Shown: positions 54,389 through 63,275 of the stretch, piece after piece
Numbering within the stretch: position 1 is the first letter of the stretch
Layout: every line of letters begins with the position of its first letter
Source: Candidatus Abyssobacteria bacterium SURF_5
GTDB taxonomy: Bacteria > Abyssobacteria > SURF-5
Reading direction: 5' to 3'
Length of the DNA: 64,000 bases
Assembly: GCA_003598085.1 (NCBI GenBank)
Contig: QZKU01000145.1
Coordinates: 9,123 to 73,122, forward strand
The notes under the pieces: model-generated
The model's input: only the letters and a program-made list of their open reading frames with translations
The model's database searches: none
Told to the model about the DNA's origin: nothing
Program-made: the position numbers and the translations under genes

Positions 54389-57300
54389 TCAGATTTTCTT
54401 TTTGCTGGCTCTTTTGACGGCGGCGCCGAAGATCGGCTCCTTTTTGTACTTCTTCGACATACCGATCATCAGCAGGATATCCCGCCCCAGAACCTCATCT
54501 ATTATAGCGCGAAGATATCCGAATGTGGAAGAGGGCAGTTTGGTGACGCTGTCGCAGTCGTCGATGAGGATCACATGCGACTTGATCAGCCGGTTCAGCA
54601 GGCCGTTCCAGTCGAACGCCTGCTTTTTCGAGAGAACCGTCACAAGCCGCTCGATCGAGAGGGAGGAAACCGGCCCGGTGAATACGCCTTGCAGCCGGTG
54701 GGCCAACGCATTGAAGAAGTGGTTGCGGCGCTGGCGGTCGTCTTCCATGACCAGCAAAGGAAACTTGTTGCGCCAGCGCTTGTTGGGGTTCTTGAAAATC
54801 TCCTCGAATTCCTCGAACAGCTCTTTCCCCTGGAAATTGGCGCTTGTCAACGCGGTATTCGCCTGCAGGAACTCCTCGAAGAAATCTTTTTTCACCTCCG
54901 GGGCGGCCGGCTCCGGCGAAGGCGCCGTCTCCGCCGCACGCGTCTCAGCTTCCTGTTTTTCCTGCTGTCCGGCGAACGGAATCCGGGCAACATGAACGAA
55001 AGCCTCAATCGCTTCCTTCTGCTCTTCTTGCACTTGAGCATCAACCTCCAGTTTTGCCAACAGTCCAGCCTCAATAAAATGCAGCATGCTTTCCTCGATA
55101 CTCTGCATCTTTATCGGAGGCACTTCCGAAGCAATGACTATCTGGGTCCCGCTCTTCAGCATCGCGGAGAGCAATCCGTATAGAGATGCCTGTATCTCCC
55201 GGGGAACATCGGAAATCTCGAAATCGTCTAGAATGAGCAGCCGCAGGCTCCTCGGCCATTTCTCCAGATTCTCGCGCTCCCTTTTCATGCGCTCGATAAG
55301 CGAGCCGAGCGAAATTACCACGGCGCTCAATTTCGGGTTCTGTTTGGTGGCCAGTAATCCGAGCGCGTGCATGATATGCGTCTTTCCCGCGCCGGACTGC
55401 CCGTATATGCAAAGCGGGTTATACAGCGTTCCGGGACTCTTGGCTATTTTCTCCGCCATCGTTATCGTGAAACTGTTCGCCTCGCTGCCCCTGAATCCCG
55501 CAAAATCATGCAACCATTCCACCGGCTCGAACTGCACGTCGCCGGCCGGTTCTTCCGGCTCAGCCTGCGCGTCGCTCGCATCGGCAGCCGGCTCTTCCGC
55601 CGATGCCGGAGGAGGCGAAACGTCGGCCTCCTGCTCCGCCGCCGTCGGGAGTTTGGCGCTGTCAGGCTGAGACGCCTGTTCATGCTCGAGCGTGGTGAGA
55701 CGCCCGCGCAGGACATCGTTTTCCTTTCGCTGCCGGAGTAGGAGCTCTTCATACTCCTGCCGCACCTTCGCGAGTTGGGCGTCGGCGGTTTGAGCATGCT
55801 CTTCCAGAGATCTGGCGGCTTCCTTTTGCGCGGCGGACAGGCGCTCTATTTCCTTATCCTTCGAAGCGACTATCTCCCGGGCCGACTCCCGACCGCGTTG
55901 TTCCGCCGCTTGCAGCATATCGTCTTTTTTAGCGGTAATCCGCTCCAGTTCCTGAATGCGGGCAAGAGCGCCTGCATCCTCTTGCTCGACTTGCGCCCGC
56001 AGCTTCGTCAGTTCTTCTTGCAACGCCTTGATCTGATCGTCGCGAGACTTGAGCGCCTGCTCTGTCTTTTTCTTCTCCGACTGCAGCTTGCTTCCGCTCT
56101 TCTCGGCCTTGACCATTTCGGCTCTCAGTTTGTCGTAGTCGACTTGAAGCTCCGAATAATCGTGGCGTACCGCCGCCAGCGCGCGCTCCTTGGCCGTCAA
56201 TTCTTTCTCCAGCGCTGAAAAATGGCCCTGCGCCTCCGCCCCTTGAGCGGTGCTTTGCGAAAAACTCTCCCGCAACGCCTCAAGCGCCTTTTGCGACTCG
56301 GCCACGCGCAGGTCTTTCTCCTCGATCAGGGTCGCCAGCCGCGCCGCATCCTGCTCGGCCAGCTCCCGCAGTTCGACCTGTCTTTCCAGGTCCTGCTGCG
56401 CCTCGTTCATCTTCTTCTTTAACTTCTGCACCTGTTCGGATAGCGACTTCATCTCGAGCTCGGCGGCGCTACTTGCGTCGGAATGCGCCTTCTCGCGCGC
56501 GGTCGATTCCAGCCGCTGGCGCTCGAGTCGTTCGGTCAATGCAGCCTTTTCCTGCTCGAATCGCGACAGTAACTCGCCTTCGCGCGCCTGCGCCTCTCTC
56601 AGTTGAACGCGAGCCTCCTGCAGACGCTCTCCGGCCGCCTGGACCGCAGCTTCCGCCTCGTGCGTAACCTCCTCCACCCGTGCGGCAACTTCCTGTTCTT
56701 TGGCGGCGAGCGAAGCCTTTTCGTTTTCAGCGGCGGCGAGTTCAGCCCGCAGCGCCGCCAGCGCCTCCTCGCTCGATTGTATCCGCCGCTCATAGTCGCC
56801 GAGCCGACTTTCGAATTCCCGAACCTGTTCGTTCCGCTGAGTCAACTGCGTCTCGAGCTCGCTCGCGCGCTCCCTGGCTTCCTGTATCTGCTTATCGAAC
56901 AGATCCCGCGCGGCCGCGGACGAATCTTCCGCCTGCTGCCTCTCTTCCTTTACGGCCGCCAGCTCGTGCGCGAGTTCCGAGACTCGCCGCTCGAACTCAT
57001 CGCCGCGCTCGTTTGCCGCCACAATATCTTCGAACGTTTTCTGCAGCTCATCGTTCCGGCGTTTCAGCTCGTCTTTCAGCTTCAGGATATGCTCGGCCTC
57101 GCCCTTTTCCTTCGCATCCAAAAGCTGATCGCGCTGGCGCACGCGGTCCTCGAGATCAGAAACGTGGGTCTTTAATCGCTTAATGATGCCGGCCGATTCC
57201 TGAACTTCGCGCTGTGAGGCGGCGATTTTTTCCGCGAGATCCTTCTCATGCAAGGCGAGCTCGTCGCGTTGTCGCTCGAGGCGTTCCTCCCAACTCTTCT

Positions 57301-59533
57301 GCGCTTCCTCAAATTGTCTTCCTATTTCCTCCGCGCGCGCTTCGGCCTCTTCCGCTTCCGCTTTTGCCTGGTTCAGAATCTCTTCGTTCCTTTGCAGCTT
57401 GGCGGTGGCTTCCTCGAGCGATTTCGAGAGGTTCTGCTCAGAAGCCTCTTTCTCTTTCAGGACAGCCTTCAACTGTTCGATCTCGTCGTTCAGCTCGGCC
57501 GCCAGCATCTTCCGTTGCTCGCGTGTCTCCTTCAGGACCGCTTCCTGCTTCTTGCGTTCCAACTCCGCCGCATGCAACTCGTCATCCAGCTTCTTCACCT
57601 GCTCATGAAACGCTCGAATACGCTCTGCATCCTCTCGTTCCTTGAGCAGGAGAGCCTGCTCGCGTTCCGACACATGATTCTGCAGCTTCAGGTTTTCGGA
57701 AGCCAATTCCTCAAGTTTCTTGCTTTTTTCGCCGATCTCCCGTTCATGCTGCTCCACCATCGATTTCGAGGAAGCGAGTTCCGCAGTGATTTCCGAGAGG
57801 TCCTGTTTCATCTTCTCGCGTTCGGAGCGCACTCGCTCGAGCTCCTCGCGCGCGCGCTGATGGTTCTGAGAGACTTCTTTCAGGCGCTCCTCGATCTCAG
57901 CACTAGCGGATTCCGCCGCACTCGCGCGCTTCGACAGCGTGGCGTTTTTTTGTTCCCGCGATTGGGAAAGTGCGCGTTCGGCCTCGAGCGCCTGCGAGAG
58001 AGCGTTGATCTCCTCCTGCAACTGCTGCTCCCGAGCGGCCGCCTCCGAGAGCTTGGCGGAACTCTCCTCCGTCCTCTGCGCCCGAATGTGTTCAAGGTTG
58101 TCCTCGAGTTCCTTGATGCGAGCGTTTAATTGCTCCGCCGCCTTCTTGAGCAGCTCGTTCTCTTCGCGCGTCTCTGCATAGCTATCCTCGAGGTCCAACT
58201 TCTCTCTTTGCTCCTTCGAGCTGCGCTTTTCACGCTCCTCTCGAAGCAGCACAAGTTTTTCGTCTTTGTCCTCGAGCTGGATTTTCAGGGCGAGCAGATC
58301 ATCTTCTTTTTCTTTCTGCAGTTGCTCGATTCGGGCTTGCAGGGCCTGCAATTTCTGCTCCGCCTGCTTCTGGTGGTCTGCGTGGAGGGCAAGATCGCTG
58401 AAATTCTTTTTCAGCAGTTGCTCCAGCTCCGAAATTCGTGCTTCTTTTTCCGACAGAGCCGCGTCGCGATCCCTCAGGGCCTCCTCGGCGCGCTCTTCCC
58501 GCTCTTTCAGCTCCTTCGACAACTGGGCGATTTCGCTCGAGATAACCTTGCCCTGTGATTTCAGCAGATTATTTTTCTCGTCAAGCTCTCCCTTGATCTT
58601 CTTTAATCTCAAGGTGAGCGAAGCATTGTCAGCGGCAGTCGCCTTCTCACGAGCCGCAAGTTCTTCAATCTGGCGCTGCATCTGCTGAACGATTTCATCA
58701 TGCGAGCTCAATTTCTGCTCGTACTCGCGCAAGGTGACCTGGAGACCGTCCTCGTGTTTCTTCGCCTGGCGCTGCATCCACGTGCTGAGAATCTCCTCCG
58801 TCGTGGCAGTATCCTTCTGCTCGCCCGCCTGCTCGCGAATGGCGGATAGAAATTCCGCCACCTTCTCCTTCGTGAGGGGCTGGCGATTGAGCGTGGAGAA
58901 GGTCTTGAGGTGGCCGGGCAACCGTTTCAGGTAAGCCGAATTCTTCCCGGCCTCCTTCATCAGCATCTGCATAACATCGAGATCAAGCTCCAGGTCCAGA
59001 CGAGCACACTCGCTCTTCAAAATCTTGAGGCGCGTTTCCGGAAGCGGCGGCACGAGGTGCGCGTCGATTCCGCCGCGGAGCCTGCTGAGAAACCGCTTGT
59101 CGAACCCGCGCAGGTCCTTGATCGGAACCGAAGACGCCAGCAGAATCTGCTTTCCGCTGTCTACAAAGGAATTGAAGAGGGAAGAAAACTTGTCTTTGGC
59201 GGCGGGAACATCCAGAATCCGCTCGAAATCATCGACAATCAGAAAGTCCTTTCGAACGAGTTCACGGGCCAACGCTTCATCGGAAGACGCACCGTTTCCG
59301 AATACCTGCTCGACCGTGTCTTCTTCAGATACAAAAAGCAGGGATATCTCGGGATGCGCCCGGGACAATTCGGTGCTTACCGCGGTAAGCAGATGCGTTT
59401 TTCCGGAACCCGCCTCGCCGTGGATCAGCAGAGGCGAGTATCCTTTTTCGAGATTGACGACCGCTTTACACAGAGCGACGGCAAATTTGTTGGAATCGTC
59501 GACCTCGAATGAATCAAGCATAACTTCAGGCAC
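54389..59533 (-). CDS. Giant protein: DnaA/Hda-type AAA+ module, ~1000-aa coiled coil, second DnaA-type AAA+ module, third degenerate DnaA-type module
   Basis: Module 1: SNKFA..YSPLLIHGEAGSGKTHLL..LIVDD..RFLSRLRGG..PPLPETRLKIL. Module 2: YNPLCIYGQSGAGKTHIM..LILDD. Module 3: PLL..(Walker A lost)..VILIDD. Start at GTG 59533 after GGAGG (alternative ATG 59521). Confidence 0.85.
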   Translation of the reverse strand: MPEVMLDSFEVDDSNKFAVALCKAVVNLEKGYSPLLIHGEAGSGKTHLLTAVSTELSRAHPEISLLFVSEEDTVEQVFGNGASSDEALARELVRKDFLIVDDFERILDVPAAKDKFSSLFNSFVDSGKQILLASSVPIKDLRGFDKRFLSRLRGGIDAHLVPPLPETRLKILKSECARLDLELDLDVMQMLMKEAGKNSAYLKRLPGHLKTFSTLNRQPLTKEKVAEFLSAIREQAGEQKDTATTEEILSTWMQRQAKKHEDGLQVTLREYEQKLSSHDEIVQQMQRQIEELAAREKATAADNASLTLRLKKIKGELDEKNNLLKSQGKVISSEIAQLSKELKEREERAEEALRDRDAALSEKEARISELEQLLKKNFSDLALHADHQKQAEQKLQALQARIEQLQKEKEDDLLALKIQLEDKDEKLVLLREEREKRSSKEQREKLDLEDSYAETREENELLKKAAEQLNARIKELEDNLEHIRAQRTEESSAKLSEAAAREQQLQEEINALSQALEAERALSQSREQKNATLSKRASAAESASAEIEERLKEVSQNHQRAREELERVRSEREKMKQDLSEITAELASSKSMVEQHEREIGEKSKKLEELASENLKLQNHVSEREQALLLKEREDAERIRAFHEQVKKLDDELHAAELERKKQEAVLKETREQRKMLAAELNDEIEQLKAVLKEKEASEQNLSKSLEEATAKLQRNEEILNQAKAEAEEAEARAEEIGRQFEEAQKSWEERLERQRDELALHEKDLAEKIAASQREVQESAGIIKRLKTHVSDLEDRVRQRDQLLDAKEKGEAEHILKLKDELKRRNDELQKTFEDIVAANERGDEFERRVSELAHELAAVKEERQQAEDSSAAARDLFDKQIQEARERASELETQLTQRNEQVREFESRLGDYERRIQSSEEALAALRAELAAAENEKASLAAKEQEVAARVEEVTHEAEAAVQAAGERLQEARVQLREAQAREGELLSRFEQEKAALTERLERQRLESTAREKAHSDASSAAELEMKSLSEQVQKLKKKMNEAQQDLERQVELRELAEQDAARLATLIEEKDLRVAESQKALEALRESFSQSTAQGAEAQGHFSALEKELTAKERALAAVRHDYSELQVDYDKLRAEMVKAEKSGSKLQSEKKKTEQALKSRDDQIKALQEELTKLRAQVEQEDAGALARIQELERITAKKDDMLQAAEQRGRESAREIVASKDKEIERLSAAQKEAARSLEEHAQTADAQLAKVRQEYEELLLRQRKENDVLRGRLTTLEHEQASQPDSAKLPTAAEQEADVSPPPASAEEPAADASDAQAEPEEPAGDVQFEPVEWLHDFAGFRGSEANSFTITMAEKIAKSPGTLYNPLCIYGQSGAGKTHIMHALGLLATKQNPKLSAVVISLGSLIERMKRERENLEKWPRSLRLLILDDFEISDVPREIQASLYGLLSAMLKSGTQIVIASEVPPIKMQSIEESMLHFIEAGLLAKLEVDAQVQEEQKEAIEAFVHVARIPFAGQQEKQEAETRAAETAPSPEPAAPEVKKDFFEEFLQANTALTSANFQGKELFEEFEEIFKNPNKRWRNKFPLLVMEDDRQRRNHFFNALAHRLQGVFTGPVSSLSIERLVTVLSKKQAFDWNGLLNRLIKSHVILIDDCDSVTKLPSSTFGYLRAIIDEVLGRDILLMIGMSKKYKKEPIFGAAVKRASKKKI

Positions 59534-60908
59534 TGGTTCCTCCGACCGTAATCCCTCGTATCCGAAGCGTCGGCTGTGCGTCGGAAACCGGGGCCCCCTG
59601 CCCGTCTTTTCCGCACGTTCCGAGGCCAAAACCGAGATCGTTGGCCACCATGTCTATTCCCGATAAAACCTTGAGCGAGTTTCCGATCAAAGACGCACCC
59701 CGAACCGGTTCCTTGATTTCCCCATTGCGGATCAGGTAGCCCTCGCTTACCTCAAACATGAAATCCCCGCTCACCGTGTTCACCTGTCCGCCGCCCATCC
59801 GCCGCACGAACAGACCTTTGTCGGTCGCTGATATGACATCCTCCGGGCGCGCACCGCCGGGAACAATCAAGGTGTTCGTCATGCGGGGGATCGGCCGGTG
59901 GCGGTACGACTCGCGACGTCCGTTGCCCGTGGAGGCACGGCCCTCCTTGCGCGCGCCAATGACGTCGTACAGGTAGCTCTTCAAAACTCCATTCTCCACG
60001 AGCACCGTGCGCTCGGCCGGCGTCCCCTCGTCGTCCACCTTGAACGTGCCCCGCCTCCGCGGGATCGTGGCATCGTCGTGCACCGAAACCGATTCCGAAG
60101 CGATCCGCTGTCCGATCTTGCCCGCAAACACCGAGAGACCCTTCTGCACCAGGTCGGCCTCAAGACCGTGCCCGACCGCCTCGTGGATCATCGTTCCGCC
60201 GGCTTCGGCGCCGACAACAACGGGCATGATACCCGTCGGCGCCGGCGATGCGTCCAGCATTCGCAGCGCCTGCTCGGCCGCTGTTCGCGCCACCTTCGCG
60301 GGGGTCGTATCTTCAAACATCTCGAATCCCATTGTCCCGCCGACCGGCTCGTAGCCCGTCTGAATAAGGTCTCCTCGCTTTGCGACCGAATGCACAAGAA
60401 AGATGATGTGGTCGCGCTCATCGGTCACGAGCAGACCGCTGGAGTTCGCGATGATGACGCGCTGCCGCGAGTCACCATACCGAACGAGTACCTGCACAAC
60501 CTCTTTGCCGGCGCTCCATGCGGTTTCGTTCGCTTCCAGCACCTTCGAGACTTTTTCACTCGCAGGAACCGCCGACGGATACTTTATCCTCTTCTTCTCG
60601 AAGCTCACCTTGACGGCTTCGGGAAAGGTGTATTTTTGAACCGGCGCACGGATGCCTTTGCTCACCCGCTCGGCCAGATCCCGCAAGGCCGCCGCCGTCA
60701 ACTGGTTGGTGGAAGCATATGCGGTCATATCTCCCACAACCACACGCAGACCGGCGCCACGATCGGTTCCGCTGATTACGCGCTCTATCTTGTTCGCTTC
60801 ACAACCGATCGAAACGGAAAACCGTTCCTCAATGAAAAGCTCTGCAAAATCTCCGCCATTTTTCAGCGCTAACTGCAAAATCTTTGGAATTTCCCGAACT
60901 ATTTTCAT
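59526..60908 (-). CDS. tldD: TldD family metalloprotease
   Basis: GAGLRVV, IHEAVGHGLEAD, DDEG, TGNGRRESY...PRMTNT, GGGQV, CGKDGQ. Confidence 0.95.
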   Translation of the reverse strand: MKIVREIPKILQLALKNGGDFAELFIEERFSVSIGCEANKIERVISGTDRGAGLRVVVGDMTAYASTNQLTAAALRDLAERVSKGIRAPVQKYTFPEAVKVSFEKKRIKYPSAVPASEKVSKVLEANETAWSAGKEVVQVLVRYGDSRQRVIIANSSGLLVTDERDHIIFLVHSVAKRGDLIQTGYEPVGGTMGFEMFEDTTPAKVARTAAEQALRMLDASPAPTGIMPVVVGAEAGGTMIHEAVGHGLEADLVQKGLSVFAGKIGQRIASESVSVHDDATIPRRRGTFKVDDEGTPAERTVLVENGVLKSYLYDVIGARKEGRASTGNGRRESYRHRPIPRMTNTLIVPGGARPEDVISATDKGLFVRRMGGGQVNTVSGDFMFEVSEGYLIRNGEIKEPVRGASLIGNSLKVLSGIDMVANDLGFGLGTCGKDGQGAPVSDAQPTLRIRGITVGGTSA

Positions 60909-60942
60909 ATGCGGTTACTCCTTTTTGGGATGGTAATGGTCA

Positions 60943-60971
60943 ATTATAGAAACGCTTCTTCGGGAAGTCAA
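60943..60971 (-). promoter_or_regulatory. sigma70-type promoter for the tldD operon
   Basis: Minus strand TTGACT-N17-TATAAT; RBS AAGGAG before the tldD start. Confidence 0.75.
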
Positions 60972-61298
60972 GATAACCACCCTTGCTTCATGTATAACTC
61001 TCGCATGCTTATAGTCTTATGAGGCAAAGGGCTCATGAAGAAGGCGGCTCCTCAGATCGACTACCATAGTTTAACACCGCGCCCCCGCCGTAAATACGTG
61101 AGGGGCAAAAAATGCCTAATTTCCGGGCACTGCCGGAATCTGCTTGACATAAAAGGGCTTCTGCGGTAAAAATTGTACGAAATTGTTTTCCAAAGTGTAT
61201 CCTCAGGCGCACGGTTTGCCGATACTCCTCCTTCTCTTCATGGGGCCGTTTTGCCCTCTTCAGTGGGGGAGGGATGCCCCGGCGAAAGGGATAATCTG

Positions 61299-62915
61299 AT
61301 GGTGAAGAAGAGACAGAGCAGCGTCCTCCTCGAGAATGTCGATCGGACGGCGACCGCACTCGTGCGCCGCGAGCTCCTGAAATGTATCGGACTGACCGAA
61401 GAAGAGATGAAGCGTCCGCTTGTCGGGGTCGTGAATTCCTGGACCGAGTTGACCCCCGGCCATCTTCACCTGCGCGAGGTGGCCGAGGCAGTCAAAGCGG
61501 GCGTTCGCATCGGAGGCGGAACGCCGCTTGAATTCAATACGCCGGCCCCGTGCGACGGGTACGGCAACGGCCTCGATGGGATGAAGTATGTCTTGCCACT
61601 GCGCGACCTGATCGCCGATTCCGTCGAGACAATGGTGCTCGCGCATCATCTGGATGCCCTCGTATTTATCTCCTCATGCGACAAGATCGTGCCGGCCCAC
61701 CTCCTTGCAGCGGCCCGGCTGGATCTGCCCTCCGTATTCGTTACCGGCGGCCCGATGCTCCCCTTCGACCTGTTCTTGCCGAAGGACGCGCCCCGAATTC
61801 TCAGCCAACTGGTCTGCCCGTCCTCCGGCGCATGTCCCGGAATGGGAACCGCCAATACCATGCAGTTTCTGGTCGAAGCCCTGGGAATGAGCCTTCCGGC
61901 CTCCGCGACAACCCATGCCGTGCAATCCGAGAAAATCGTGCAGGCCAAGCAGAGCGGAATGCTGGTGATGAAGGCGCTCGAAGCCGGCCTCAGCCCGCGC
62001 GCCGTCATGACGCGGCAGGCCCTTGAAAACGCGGTCTCCGTGCAGATGGCCTCCGGCGGATCGACCAACGCCGTCCTGCACGTGCTCGCGCTCGCCGATG
62101 AGCTCGGAATCGAATTCGATATCTCGGAATATAACCTCTTCTCACAACGCGTGCCGCATATCTGCGGAGGACTGCCGTCCGGACCGTATTCGATTCTGGA
62201 TATTCACAAGGCCGGCGGCGTGCCGGCTATCATGATTCAGCTTGGCGACCTGATTCACGGCGACGCGCTCACGGTAACCGGAAGAACAGTAGCCGACAAC
62301 CTGGTGGGCAAATGGGCGCTTGATGAGGAAGTCATCCGCCCGCGCTCGAACCCATTTCATGCCGAGGGCGGAATCGCCATTTTGCGGGGCAATCTGGCGC
62401 CCGACAGCGCCGTCGTCAAACAAAGCGGCGTGCCGGAATCGATGCTGGTTTTTCGGGGACCTGCGCGCATTTTCGAGAATGAGGCCGAATCGGTTGAGGC
62501 CGCGCTGAATCGCGTGTTCCAGCCCGGCGAAGTCATCGTCATCCGCAACGAAGGCCCGAGGGGCGGGCCGGGCATGCGCGAGATACTCACCGTGACCGAA
62601 CAGTTATTCCAGATGGGACTCGAGGAGCAGGTCGCAATCATCACCGACGCCCGCTTCTCGGGTTTCACCCGCGGCCCCGCCATCGGACACGTTTGTCCCG
62701 AGGCCTACGAAGGCGGGCCGCTGGCCGCCGTCAGAAACGGCGACTTCATTAAAATCGATATACCGGCGCGGACCGTCGATGTCGAGATATCGCGAGAGGA
62801 GATGGATAAGCGGCTGCGCCAATGGAAAAGGCCGGAGAGGAATCTGAAGGGCTATCTCGCAAAATATGCTGCCCTCGTTTCGCCCGCATATCGAGGAGCG
62901 GTGGTAAAGGTCTGA
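61299..62915 (+). CDS. ilvD: Dihydroxy-acid dehydratase (IlvD/Edd family)
   Basis: PGHLHL, PCDG, CDKIVP, GGPM, ACPGMGTANTM, GGSTNAVLH, GNLAP..AVVKQS, EGPRGGPGMRE, TDARFSG, IGHVCPEA. Start at ATG 61299. Confidence 0.85.
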   Translation: MVKKRQSSVLLENVDRTATALVRRELLKCIGLTEEEMKRPLVGVVNSWTELTPGHLHLREVAEAVKAGVRIGGGTPLEFNTPAPCDGYGNGLDGMKYVLPLRDLIADSVETMVLAHHLDALVFISSCDKIVPAHLLAAARLDLPSVFVTGGPMLPFDLFLPKDAPRILSQLVCPSSGACPGMGTANTMQFLVEALGMSLPASATTHAVQSEKIVQAKQSGMLVMKALEAGLSPRAVMTRQALENAVSVQMASGGSTNAVLHVLALADELGIEFDISEYNLFSQRVPHICGGLPSGPYSILDIHKAGGVPAIMIQLGDLIHGDALTVTGRTVADNLVGKWALDEEVIRPRSNPFHAEGGIAILRGNLAPDSAVVKQSGVPESMLVFRGPARIFENEAESVEAALNRVFQPGEVIVIRNEGPRGGPGMREILTVTEQLFQMGLEEQVAIITDARFSGFTRGPAIGHVCPEAYEGGPLAAVRNGDFIKIDIPARTVDVEISREEMDKRLRQWKRPERNLKGYLAKYAALVSPAYRGAVVKV

Positions 62916-62936
62916 ATACCATAAAGGAGACAACGA

Positions 62937-63218
62937 ATGGAACTGAAAAAAGTACTCGCCGGATGGAATAAAGTTTGCCCCGGTTGTAATATCGCCCGAA
63001 AATATCCAAAATCCTTTATCGGCCGAAAGGTGCGCGCTCACTGGGAGAACGGATGCCCGGTGCATGACGCGTACGTGGAGGTCTACGGCGCGAACGAGCC
63101 TACTTCGAAAAAGAAGGCATCAAGGAAAAACGCGCCGAAGAAAAAAGTCGCGGCCAAGGCCGGCGCCGGCAATCCGGGCAAACCACAGGCAAAAGGTGGA
63201 CAGAAGAAAAAGAAATGA
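62937..63218 (+). CDS. Small hypothetical protein: Cys/His cluster plus Lys/Ala-rich tail
   Basis: RBS AAGGAG; CPGC...HWENGCPVH followed by KKKASRKNAPKKKVAAKAG...QKKKK. Confidence 0.75.
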   Translation: MELKKVLAGWNKVCPGCNIARKYPKSFIGRKVRAHWENGCPVHDAYVEVYGANEPTSKKKASRKNAPKKKVAAKAGAGNPGKPQAKGGQKKKK

Positions 63219-63275
63219 TTACCCTGACGTAAGGGGGAGAATTCGCAAGGTCTCGCCCGTTTCCCAGACGGGCCC

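Noticed and set aside
54389..59629. Calling the giant ORF dnaA, an SMC protein or a phage tape measure, with oriC nearby
   Set aside because: It lacks DnaA domains I and IV, has no dnaN/gyrB context, and I noticed no DnaA-box cluster. It has no ABC signature or hinge, and no phage genes are present.
59534..59629. N-terminal extension of the 1746-aa ORF given in the track
   Set aside because: It overlaps the conserved tldD C-terminus; the RBS supports a start at 59533 or 59521.
61173..61298. N-terminal extension or attenuator leader peptide for ilvD
   Set aside because: No homology-like content, no Ile/Leu/Val-rich leader peptide and no terminator with a U-run.
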